Position numbers and translations under genes: made by a program. From Eledone cirrhosa (lineage: Eukaryota): 64,000 nucleotides of DNA. The stretch spans positions 175,336,001-175,400,000 of the forward strand of contig OZ024743.1 in NCBI GenBank assembly GCA_964016885.1, read 5' to 3'. Position 1 is the stretch's first letter, and each line of letters begins with the position of its first letter. The notes under the pieces were generated by a model, which made no database searches, was not told the origin of the DNA, and saw only the letters and a program-made list of their open reading frames with translations. This document shows, one piece after another, positions 44,301 through 59,300 of the stretch.

Positions 44301-47300
44301 CTACTGACACCCCTACCTCTGACCTTACCACTACTGACACCCCTACCTCTGTCACTACCACTACTGCCACCCCTACCTCTGTCACTACCATTACTGACAC
44401 CATTACCTTTGTCACTAAAACTACTAACACCACTACCTCTGTCACAACCACTACTGACACCCCTACCTCTGTCACTACCACTACTGACACCACTACCTCT
44501 GTCACTACCATTACTGACACCACTACTTCTGTCACTACCACTACTGACACCACTACCTCTGTCACTAAAACTACTACCACCACTACCTCTGTCACAACCA
44601 CTACTGACACCACTACCTCTGTCACTACCACTACTGACACCACTACCTCTGTCACTACCACTACTACCACCACTACCTCTGTCACTACCACTAATGCCAC
44701 CACTACCTCTGTCACTACCACTACTGACACCACTACCTGTGTCACAACCACTACTGACACCACTACCTCTGTCACTACCACTACTGACACCCCTACCTCT
44801 GTCACTACCACTACTGACACCACTACCTCTGTCACTACCACTACTACCACCACTATCTCTGTCACTACCAATACTGACACCACTACCTCTGTCACTACCA
44901 CTACTACCACCACTACCTCTGTCACTACCACTACTGACACCCCTACCTCTGTCACTACCACTACTGACACCACTACCTCTGTCACTACCACTACTACCAC
45001 CACTACCTCTGTCACTACCACCACTACCACCACTACCTCTGTCACTACCACTACTGACACCCCTACCTCTGGCACTACCACTACTGACACCACTACCTCT
45101 GTCACTACCACCACTACCACCACTACCTCTGTCACTACCACTACTGAGACCACTACCTCTGTCACTACCACTACTGACACCCCTACCTCTAACACTACCA
45201 CTACTACCACCACTACCTCTGTCACAACCACTAGTGACACCACTACCTCTGTCACTACCACTACTGACACCCCTACCTCTAACACTACCACTACTACCAC
45301 CACTACCTCTGTCACTACAACTACTACCACCACTACCTCTGCAACTACCACTACTGACACCACTACCTCTGTCACTACCACTATAACCACCTTTACCTCT
45401 GGCACTACCACTACTGACACCACTACCTCTGTCACTACCACTCCTGACACCACTACCTCTGTCACTACCACTACTGACACCCCTACCTCTGTCACTACCA
45501 CAACTGACACCACTACCTCTGTCACTACCACCACTGACACCACTACTTCTGTCACTACCACTACTACCACCACTACCTCTGTCACTACCACTACTGACAC
45601 CACTACCTCTGTCACTACCACTACTGACACCCCTACCTCTGTCACTACCACCACGACCTCTGTCACTACCACTACTCACACCACTACCTCTGTCACTACC
45701 ACTACTACCACCACTACCTCTGTCACTACCTCTGTCACTACGACTACTGACACCACTACCTCTGTCACTACCACTACTACCACTACTACCACCACTACCT
45801 CTGTCACTACCACTACTACCACCATTACCTCTGTCACTACCACTACTGACACCACTACCTCTGTCACTACCAGTACTGACACCACTACCACTCTCACTAC
45901 CACTACTGACACCCCTACCTCTGTCACTACCACTACTACCACCACTACCACCACTACCTCTGTCAATACCACTACTGACACCACTACCTCTGTCACTACC
46001 ATTACTGACACCACTACCTCTGTCACTACCACTACTGACACCCCTACCTCTGTCACTACCACTACTTCCACCACTACCTCTGTCACAACCACTACTGACA
46101 CCACTACCTCTGTCACTACCAATACTGACACCACTACCTCTGTCACTACCACTACTGACACCACTACCTCTACACTACCACTACTGACACCACAACCTCT
46201 GTCACTACCACTACTGACACCATTACCTCTGTCACTACCACTACTACCACCACTACCTCTGTCACTACCACTACTACCACCACTACCTCTGTCACTACCA
46301 CTACTGACACCCCTACCTCTGTCACTACCACTACTGACACCCCTACCTCTGTCACTACCACTACTGACACCATTATATCTCTCACTACCACTACTGACAC
46401 CACTACCTCTGTCACTACCACTACTGACACCACTACCTCTGGCACTACCACTACTGACACCAGTACCTCTCTCACTACCACTACTGACACCCCTACCTCT
46501 GTCACTACCACTACTGACACCCCTACCTCTGTCACTACCACTACTGACACCATTACCTCTCTCACTACCACTACTGACACCACTACCTCTGTCACTACCA
46601 CTACTGACACCACTACCTCTGTCACTACCACTACTGACACCACTACCTCTGTCACTACCACTACTGACACCACTACTGACACCACTACCTCTGTCACTAC
46701 CACTACTACCACCACTACCTCTGGCACTACCACTACTGACACCACTACCTCTGTCACTACCACTACTACCACCACTACCTCTGTCACTACCACTACTGAC
46801 ACCACTACCTCTGTCACTACCACTACTGACACCCCTACCTCTGACCTTACCACTACTGACACCCCTACCTCTGTCACTACCACTACTGCCACCCCTACCT
46901 CTGTCACTACCATTACTGACACCATTACCTTTGTCACTAAAACTACTAACACCACTACCTCTGTCACAACCACTACTGACACCCCTACCTCTGTCACTAC
47001 CACTACTGACACCAGTATCTCTTTCACAACCACTACTGACACCACTACCTCTGTCACTACCATTACTGACACCACTACTTCTGTCACTACCACTACTGAC
47101 ACCACTACCTCTGTCACTAAAACTACTACCACCACTACCTCTGTCACAACCACTACTGACACCACTACCTCTGTCACTACCACTACTGACACCACTACCT
47201 CTGTCACTACCACTACTACCACCACTACCTCTGTCACTACCACTAATGCCACCACTACCTCTGTCACTACCACTACTGACACCACTACCTGTGTCACAAC

Positions 47301-50300
47301 CACTACTGACACCACTACCTCTGTCACTACCACTACTGACACCCCTACCTCTGTCACTACCACTACTGACACCACTACCTCTGCAACTACCACTACTACC
47401 ACCACTATCTCTGTCACTACCACTACTGACACCACTACCTCTGTCACTACCACTACTACCACCACTACCTCTGTCACTACCACTACTGACACCCCTACCT
47501 CTGTCACTACCACTACTGACACCACTACCTCTGTCACTACCACTACTACCACCACTACCTCTGTCACTACCACCACTACCACCACTACCTCTGTCACTAC
47601 CACTACTGACACCCCTACCTCTGGCACTACCACTACTGACACCACTACCTCTGTCACTACCACCACTACCACCACTACCTCTGTCACTACCACTACTGAG
47701 ACCACTACCTCTGTCACTACCACTACTGACACCCCTACCTCTAACACTACCACTACTACCACCACTACCTCTGTCACAACCACTACTGACACCACTACCT
47801 CTGTCACTACCACTACTGACACCCCTACCTCTAACACTACCACTACTACCACCACTACCTCTGTCACTACCACTACTGACACCCCTACCTCTGTCACTAC
47901 CACTACTGACACCACTACCTCTGTCAATACCACTACTACCACCACTACCTCTGTCACTACCACCACTACCACCACTACCTCTGTCACTACCACTACTGAC
48001 ACCCCTACCTCTGGCACTACCACTACTGACACCACTACCTCTGTCACTACCACCACTACCACCACTACCTCTGTCACTACCACTACTGAGACCACTACCT
48101 CTGTCACTACCACTACTGACACCACTACCTCTGTTACTACCACTACTACCACCACTACCTCTGTCACAACCACTACTGACACCACTACCTCTGTCACTAC
48201 CACTACTGACACCACTACCTCTGTCACTACCACTACTACCACCACTACCTCTGTCACTACCACTAATGCCACCACTACCTCTGTCACTACCACTACTGAC
48301 ACCACTACCTGTGTCACAACCACTACTGACACCACTACCTCTGTCACTACCACTACTGACACCCCTACCTCTGTCACTACCACTACTGACACCACTACCT
48401 CTGTCACTACCACTACTACCACCACTATCTCTGTCACTACCACTACTGACACCACTACCTCTGTCACTACCACTACTACCACCACTACCTCTGTCACTAC
48501 CACTACTGACACCACTACCTCTGTCACTACCACTACTGACTCCCCTACCTCTAACACTACCACTACTACCACCACTAGCTCTGTCACTACCACTACTGAC
48601 ACCCCTACCTCTGTCACTACCACTACTATCACCACTACCTCTGTCACTACCACTACTGACACCACTACCTCTGTCACTACCACTACTACCACCACTATCT
48701 CTGTCACTACCACTACTGACACCACTACCTCTGTCACTACCACTACTGACACCCCTACCTCTAACACTACCACTACTACCACCACTACCTCTGTCACTAC
48801 CACTACTGACACCATTACCTCTGTCACTACCACTACTACCACAACTACCTATGTCACTACCACCACTACCACCACTACCTCTGTCACTACCACTACTGAC
48901 ACCCCTACCTCTGGCACTACCACTACTGACACCGCTACCTCTGTCACTACCACCACTACCACCACTACCTCTGTCACTACCACTACTGAGACCACTACCT
49001 CTGTCACTACCACTACTGACACCACTACCTCTGTCACTACCACTACTACCACCACTACCTCTGTCACTACCACTACTGACACCACTACCTCTGTCACTAC
49101 CACTACTATCACCACTACCTCTGTCACTACCACTACTGACACCACTACCTCTGTCACTACCACTACTGACACCACTACCTCTGTCACTACCTCTACTACC
49201 ACCACTACCTCTGTCACTACCACTACTGACACCACTACCTCTGTCACTACCACTACTGACACCACTACCTCTGTCACTACCACTACTGACACCACAACCT
49301 CTGTCACTACCACTACTGACACCATTACCTCTGTCACTACCACTACTACCACCACTACCTCTGTCACTACCACTACTACCACCACTACCTCTGTCACTAC
49401 CACTACTGACACCCCTACCTCTGTCACTACCACTACTGACACCCCTACCTCTGTCACTACCACTACTGACACCATTACCTCTGTCAATACCACTACTGAC
49501 ACCACTACCTCTGTCACTACCACTACTGACACCATTACCTCTGTCACTACCACTACTACCACCACTACCTCTGGCACTACCACTACTGACACCACTACCT
49601 CTGTCACTACCACTACTACCACCACTACCTCTGTCACTACCACTACTGACACCACTACCTCTGTCACTACCACTACTGACACCCCTACCTCTGTCACTAC
49701 CACTACTGACACCCCTACCTCTGTCACTACCACTACTGACACCATTACCTCTGTCAATACCACTACTGACACCACTACCTCTGTCACTACCACTACTGAC
49801 ACCATTACCTCTGTCACTACCACTACTACCACCACTACCTCTGGCACTACCACTACTGACACCACTACCTCTGTCACTACCACTACTACCACCACTACCT
49901 CTGTCACTACCACTACTGACACCACTACCTCTGTCGCTACCACTACTGACACCCCTACCTCTGTCACTACCACTACTGACACCCCTACCTCAGTCACTAC
50001 CACTACTGACACCAGTACCTCTGTCACTACCACTACTGACACCCCTACCTCTATCACTAGCACTACTGACACCCCTACCTCTGTCACTACCACTACTGAC
50101 ACCACTACCTCTGTCACTACCATTACTGACACCATTACCACTCTCACTACCACTACTGACACCCCTACCTCTGTCACTACCACCACTACCACCACTACCT
50201 CTGTCACTACCACTACTGAGACCACTACCTCTGTCACTACCACTACTGACACCCCTACCTCTAACACTACCACTACTACCACCACTACCTCTGTCACTAC

Positions 50301-53300
50301 CACTACTGACACCCCTACCTCTGTCACTACCACTACTGACACCACTACCTCTGTCAATACCACTACTACCACCACTACCTCTGTCACTACCACCACTACC
50401 ACCACTACCTCTGTCACTACCACTACTGACACCACTACCTCTGTCACTACCACTACTGACACCACTACCTCTGTCACTACCACTACTGACACCCCTACCT
50501 CTGTCACTACAACTACTACCACCACTACCTCTGCAACTACCACTACTGACACCACTACCTCTGTCACTACCACTATAACCACCTTTACCTCTGGCACTAC
50601 CACTACTGACACCACTACCTCTGTCACTACCACTCCTGACACCACTACCTCTGTCACTACCACTACTGACACCCCTACCTCTGTCACTACCACAACTGAC
50701 ACCACTACCTCTGTCACTACCACCACTGACACCACTACTTCTGTCACTACCACTACTACCACCACTACCTCTGTCACTACCACTACTGACACCACTACCT
50801 CTGTCACTACCACTACTGACACCCCTACCTCTGTCACTACCACCACGACCTCTGTCACTACCACTACTCACACCACTACCTCTGTCACTACCACTACTAC
50901 CACCACTACCTCTGTCACTACCTCTGTCACTACGACTACTGACACCACTACCTCTGTCACTACCACTACTACCACTACTACCACCACTACCTCTGTCACT
51001 ACCACTACTACCACCATTACCTCTGTCACTACCACTACTGACACCACTACCTCTGTCACTACCAGTACTGACACCACTACCACTCTCACTACCACTACTG
51101 ACACCCCTACCTCTGTCACTACCACTACTACCACCACTACCACCACTACCTCTGTCAATACCACTACTGACACCACTACCTCTGTCACTACCATTACTGA
51201 CACCACTACCTCTGTCACTACCACTACTGACACCCCTACCTCTGTCACTACCACTACTTCCACCACTACCTCTGTCACAACCACTACTGACACCACTACC
51301 TCTGTCACTACCAATACTGACACCACTACCTCTGTCACTACCACTACTGACACCACTACCTCTACACTACCACTACTGACACCACAACCTCTGTCACTAC
51401 CACTACTGACACCATTACCTCTGTCACTACCACTACTACCACCACTACCTCTGTCACTACCACTACTACCACCACTACCTCTGTCACTACCACTACTGAC
51501 ACCCCTACCTCTGTCACTACCACTACTGACACCCCTACCTCTGTCACTACCACTACTGACACCATTATATCTCTCACTACCACTACTGACACCACTACCT
51601 CTGTCACTACCACTACTGACACCACTACCTCTGGCACTACCACTACTGACACCACTACCTCTGTCACTACCACTACTGACACCACTACCTCTGTCACTAC
51701 CACTACTGACTCCCCTACCTCTAACACTACCACTACTACCACCACTAGCTCTGTCACTACCACTACTGACACCCCTACCTCTGTCACTACCACTACTATC
51801 ACCACTACCTCTGTCACTACCACTACTGACACCACTACCTCTGTCACTACCACTACTACCACCACTATCTCTGTCACTACCACTACTGACACCACTACCT
51901 CTGTCACTACCACTACTGACACCCCTACCTCTAACACTACCACTACTACCACCACTACCTCTGTCACTACCACTACTGACACCATTACCTCTGTCACTAC
52001 CACTACTACCACAACTACCTATGTCACTACCACCACTACCACCACTACCTCTGTCACTACCACTACTGACACCCCTACCTCTGGCACTACCACTACTGAC
52101 ACCGCTACCTCTGTCACTACCACCACTACCACCACTACCTCTGTCACTACCACTACTGAGACCACTACCTCTGTCACTACCACTACTGACACCACTACCT
52201 CTGTCACTACCACTACTACCACCACTACCTCTGTCACTACCACTACTGACACCACTACCTCTGTCACTACCACTACTATCACCACTACCTCTGTCACTAC
52301 CACTACTGACACCACTACCTCTGTCACTACCACTACTGACACCACTACCTCTGTCACTACCTCTACTACCACCACTACCTCTGTCACTACCACTACTGAC
52401 ACCACTACCTCTGTCACTACCACTACTGACACCACTACCTCTGTCACTACCACTACTGACACCACAACCTCTGTCACTACCACTACTGACACCATTACCT
52501 CTGTCACTACCACTACTACCACCACTACCTCTGTCACTACCACTACTACCACCACTACCTCTGTCACTACCACTACTGACACCCCTACCTCTGTCACTAC
52601 CACTACTGACACCCCTACCTCTGTCACTACCACTACTGACACCATTACCTCTGTCAATACCACTACTGACACCACTACCTCTGTCACTACCACTACTGAC
52701 ACCATTACCTCTGTCACTACCACTACTACCACCACTACCTCTGGCACTACCACTACTGACACCACTACCTCTGTCACTACCACTACTACCACCACTACCT
52801 CTGTCACTACCACTACTGACACCACTACCTCTGTCACTACCACTACTGACACCCCTACCTCTGTCACTACCACTACTGACACCCCTACCTCTGTCACTAC
52901 CACTACTGACACCATTACCTCTGTCAATACCACTACTGACACCACTACCTCTGTCACTACCACTACTGACACCATTACCTCTGTCACTACCACTACTACC
53001 ACCACTACCTCTGGCACTACCACTACTGACACCACTACCTCTGTCACTACCACTACTACCACCACTACCTCTGTCACTACCACTACTGACACCACTACCT
53101 CTGTCGCTACCACTACTGACACCCCTACCTCTGTCACTACCACTACTGACACCCCTACCTCAGTCACTACCACTACTGACACCAGTACCTCTGTCACTAC
53201 CACTACTGACACCCCTACCTCTATCACTAGCACTACTGACACCCCTACCTCTGTCACTACCACTACTGACACCACTACCTCTGTCACTACCATTACTGAC

Positions 53301-56300
53301 ACCATTACCACTCTCACTACCACTACTGACACCCCTACCTCTGTCACTACCACCACTACCACCACTACCTCTGTCACTACCACTACTGAGACCACTACCT
53401 CTGTCACTACCACTACTGACACCCCTACCTCTAACACTACCACTACTACCACCACTACCTCTGTCACAACCACTAGTGACACCACTACCTCTGTCACTAC
53501 CACTACTGACACCCCTACCTCTAACACTACCACTACTACCACCACTACCTCTGTCACTACCACTACTGACACCCCTACCTCTGTCACTACCACTACTGAC
53601 ACCACTACCTCTGTCAATACCACTACTACCACCACTACCTCTGTCACTACCACCACTACCACCACTACCTCTGTCACTACCACTACTGACACCACTACCT
53701 CTGTCACTACCACTACTGACACCACTACCTCTGTCACTACCACTACTGACACCCCTACCTCTGTCACTACAACTACTACCACCACTACCTCTGCAACTAC
53801 CACTACTGACACCACTACCTCTGTCACTACCACTATAACCACCTTTACCTCTGGCACTACCACTACTGACACCACTACCTCTGTCACTACCACTCCTGAC
53901 ACCACTACCTCTGTCACTACCACTACTGACACCCCTACCTCTGTCACTACCACAACTGACACCACTACCTCTGTCACTACCACCACTGACACCACTACTT
54001 CTGTCACTACCACTACTACCACCACTACCTCTGTCACTACCACTACTGACACCACTACCTCTGTCACTACCACTACTGACACCCCTACCTCTGTCACTAC
54101 CACCACGACCTCTGTCACTACCACTACTCACACCACTACCTCTGTCACTACCACTACTACCACCACTACCTCTGTCACTACCTCTGTCACTACGACTACT
54201 GACACCACTACCTCTGTCACTACCACTACTACCACTACTACCACCACTACCTCTGTCACTACCACTACTACCACCATTACCTCTGTCACTACCACTACTG
54301 ACACCACTACCTCTGTCACTACCAGTACTGACACCACTACCACTCTCACTACCACTACTGACACCCCTACCTCTGTCACTACCACTACTACCACCACTAC
54401 CACCACTACCTCTGTCAATACCACTACTGACACCACTACCTCTGTCACTACCATTACTGACACCACTACCTCTGTCACTACCACTACTGACACCCCTACC
54501 TCTGTCACTACCACTACTTCCACCACTACCTCTGTCACAACCACTACTGACACCACTACCTCTGTCACTACCAATACTGACACCACTACCTCTGTCACTA
54601 CCACTACTGACACCACTACCTCTACACTACCACTACTGACACCACAACCTCTGTCACTACCACTACTGACACCATTACCTCTGTCACTACCACTACTACC
54701 ACCACTACCTCTGTCACTACCACTACTACCACCACTACCTCTGTCACTACCACTACTGACACCCCTACCTCTGTCACTACCACTACTGACACCCCTACCT
54801 CTGTCACTACCACTACTGACACCATTATATCTCTCACTACCACTACTGACACCACTACCTCTGTCACTACCACTACTGACACCACTACCTCTGGCACTAC
54901 CACTACTGACACCAGTACCTCTCTCACTACCACTACTGACACCCCTACCTCTGTCACTACCACTACTGACACCCCTACCTCTGTCACTACCACTACTGAC
55001 ACCATTACCTCTCTCACTACCACTACTGACACCACTACCTCTGTCACTACCACTACTGACACCACTACCTCTGTCACTACCACTACTGACACCACTACCT
55101 CTGTCACTACCACTACTGACACCACTACTGACACCACTACCTCTGTCACTACCACTACTACCACCACTACCTCTGGCACTACCACTACTGACACCACTAC
55201 CTCTGTCACTACCACTACTACCACCACTACCTCTGTCACTACCACTACTGACACCACTACCTCTGTCACTACCACTACTGACACCCCTACCTCTGACCTT
55301 ACCACTACTGACACCCCTACCTCTGTCACTACCACTACTGCCACCCCTACCTCTGTCACTACCATTACTGACACCATTACCTTTGTCACTAAAACTACTA
55401 ACACCACTACCTCTGTCACAACCACTACTGACACCCCTACCTCTGTCACTACCACTACTGACACCACTACCTCTGTCACTACCATTACTGACACCACTAC
55501 TTCTGTCACTACCACTACTGACACCACTACCTCTGTCACTAAAACTACTACCACCACTACCTCTGTCACAACCACTACTGACACCACTACCTCTGTCAAT
55601 ACCACTACTGACACCACTACCTCTGTCACTACCACTACTACCACCACTACCTCTGTCACTACCACTAATGCCACCACTACCTCTGTCACTACCACTACTG
55701 ACACCACTACCTCTGTCACTACCACTACTGACACCCCTACCTCTGTCACTACCACTACTGACACCACTACCTCTGCAACTACCACTACTACCACCACTAT
55801 CTCTGTCACTACCACTACTGACACCACTACCTCTGTCACTACCACTACTACCACCACTACCTCTGTCACTACCACTACTGACACCCCTACCTCTGTCACT
55901 ACCACTACTGACACCACTACCTCTGTCACTACCACTACTACCACCACTACCTCTGTCACTACCACCACTACCACCACTACCTCTGTCACTACCACTACTG
56001 ACACCCCTACCTCTGGCACTACCACTACTGACACCACTACCTCTGTCACTACCACCACTACCACCACTACCTCTGTCACTACCACTACTGAGACCACTAC
56101 CTCTGTCACTACCACTACTGACACCCCTACCTCTAACACTACCACTACTACCACCACTACCTCTGTCACAACCACTACTGACACCACTACCTCTGTCACT
56201 ACCACTACTGACACCCCTACCTCTAACACTACCACTACTACCACCACTACCTCTGTCACTACCACTACTGACACCCCTACCTCTGTCACTACCACTACTG

Positions 56301-59300
56301 ACACCACTACCTCTGTCAATACCACTACTACCACCACTACCTCTGTCACTACCACCACTACCACCACTACCTCTGTCACTACCACTACTGACACCCCTAC
56401 CTCTGGCACTACCACTACTGACACCACTACCTCTGTCACTACCACCACTACCACCACTACCTCTGTCACTACCACTACTGAGACCACTACCTCTGTCACT
56501 ACCACTACTGACACCACTACCTCTGTTACTACCACTACTACCACCACTACCTCTGTCACAACCACTACTGACACCACTACCTCTGTCACTACCACTACTG
56601 ACACCACTACCTCTGTCACTACCACTACTACCACCACTACCTCTGTCACTACCACTAATGCCACCACTACCTCTGTCACTACCACTACTGACACCACTAC
56701 CTGTGTCACAACCACTACTGACACCACTACCTCTGTCACTACCACTACTGACACCCCTACCTCTGTCACTACCACTACTGACACCACTACCTCTGTCACT
56801 ACCACTACTACCACCACTATCTCTGTCACTACCACTACTGACACCACTACCTCTGTCACTACCACTACTACCACCACTACCTCTGTCACTACCACTACTG
56901 ACACCACTACCTCTGTCACTACCACTACTGACACCCCTACCTCTAACACTACCACTACTACCACCACTAGCTCTGTCACTACCACTACTGACACCCCTAC
57001 CTCTGTCACTACCACTACTATCACCACTACCTCTGTCACTACCACTACTGACACCACTACCTCTGTCACTACCACTACTACCACCACTATCTCTGTCACT
57101 ACCACTACTGACACCACTACCTCTGTCACTACCACTACTGACACCCCTACCTCTAACACTACCACTACTACCACCACTACCTCTGTCACTACCACTACTG
57201 ACACCATTACCTCTGTCACTACCACTACTACCACAACTACCTATGTCACTACCACCACTACCACCACTACCTCTGTCACTACCACTACTGACACCCCTAC
57301 CTCTGGCACTACCACTACTGACACCACTACCTCTGTCACTACCACCACTACCACCACTACCTCTGTCACTACCACTACTGAGACCACTACCTCTGTCACT
57401 ACCACTACTGACACCACTACCTCTGTCACTACCACTACTACCACCACTACCTCTGTCACTACCACTACTGACACCACTACCTCTGTCACTACCACTACTA
57501 TCACCACTATTCTGTCACTACCACTACTGACACCACTACCTCTGTCACTACCACTACTGACACCACTACCTCTGTCACTACCTCTACTACCACCACTACC
57601 TCTGTCACTACCACTACTGACACCACTACCTCTGTCACTACCACTACTGACACCACTACCTCTGTCACTACCACTACTGACACCACAACCTCTGTCACTA
57701 CCACTACTGACACCATTACCTCTGTCACTACCACTACTACCACCACTACCTCTGTCACTACCACTACTACCACCACTACCTCTGTCACTACCACTACTGA
57801 CACCCCTACCTCTGTCACTACCACTACTGACACCCCTACCTCTGTCACTACCACTACTGACACCATTACCTCTGTCAATACCACTACTGACACCACTACC
57901 TCTGTCACTACCACTACTGACACCATTACCTCTGTCACTACCACTACTACCACCACTACCTCTGGCACTACCACTACTGACACCACTACCTCTGTCACTA
58001 CCACTACTACCACCACTACCTCTGTCACTACCACTACTGACACCACTACCTCTGTCACTACCACTACTGACACCCCTACCTCTGTCACTACCACTACTGA
58101 CACCCCTACCTCTGTCACTACCACTACTGACACCATTACCTCTGTCAATACCACTACTGACACCACTACCTCTGTCACTACCACTACTGACACCATTACC
58201 TCTGTCACTACCACTACTACCACCACTACCTCTGGCACTACCACTACTGACACCACTACCTCTGTCACTACCACTACTACCACCACTACCTCTGTCACTA
58301 CCACTACTGACACCACTACCTCTGTCGCTACCACTACTGACACCCCTACCTCTGTCACTACCACTACTGACACCCCTACCTCAGTCACTACCACTACTGA
58401 CACCAGTACCTCTGTCACTACCACTACTGACACCCCTACCTCTATCACTAGCACTACTGACACCCCTACCTCTGTCACTACCACTACTGACACCACTACC
58501 TCTGTCACTACCATTACTGACACCATTACCTATGTCACTAAAACTACTACCACCACTACCTCTGTCTCAACCACTACTGACACCACTACCTCTGTCACTA
58601 CCACTACTGACACCACTACTTCTGTCACTACCACTACTGACACCACTACCTCTGTCACTACCACTACTACCACCACTACCTCTGTCACTACCACTACTGC
58701 CACCACTACCTCTGTCACTACCACTACTGACACTACTACCTCTGTCACTACCACTACTGACACCATTACCTCTGTCACTACCACTACTACCACCACTACC
58801 TCTGTCACAACCACTACTGACACCACTACCTCTGTCACTACTACTACTACCACCATTACGTCTGTCACTACCACTACTACCACCACTACCTCTGTCACTC
58901 CCACTACTGACACCACTACCTCTGTCACTACCACTACTGACACCACTACCTCTGTCACTACCACTACTACCACCACTACCTCTGGCACTACCACTACTGA
59001 CACCCCTACCTCTGTCACTACCACTACTGACACCACTACCTCTGTCACTACCACTACTGACACCACAACCTCTGTCACTACCACTACTACCACCACTACC
59101 TCTGTCACTACCACTACTGACACCACTACCTCTGTCACTACCACTACTGACACCACTACCTCTGTCACTACCACTACTACCACCACTACCTCTGGCACTA
59201 CCACTACTGACACCCCTACCTCTAACACTACCACTACTACCACCACTACCTCTGTCACTACCACTACTGACACCACAACCTCTGTCACTACCACTACTGA

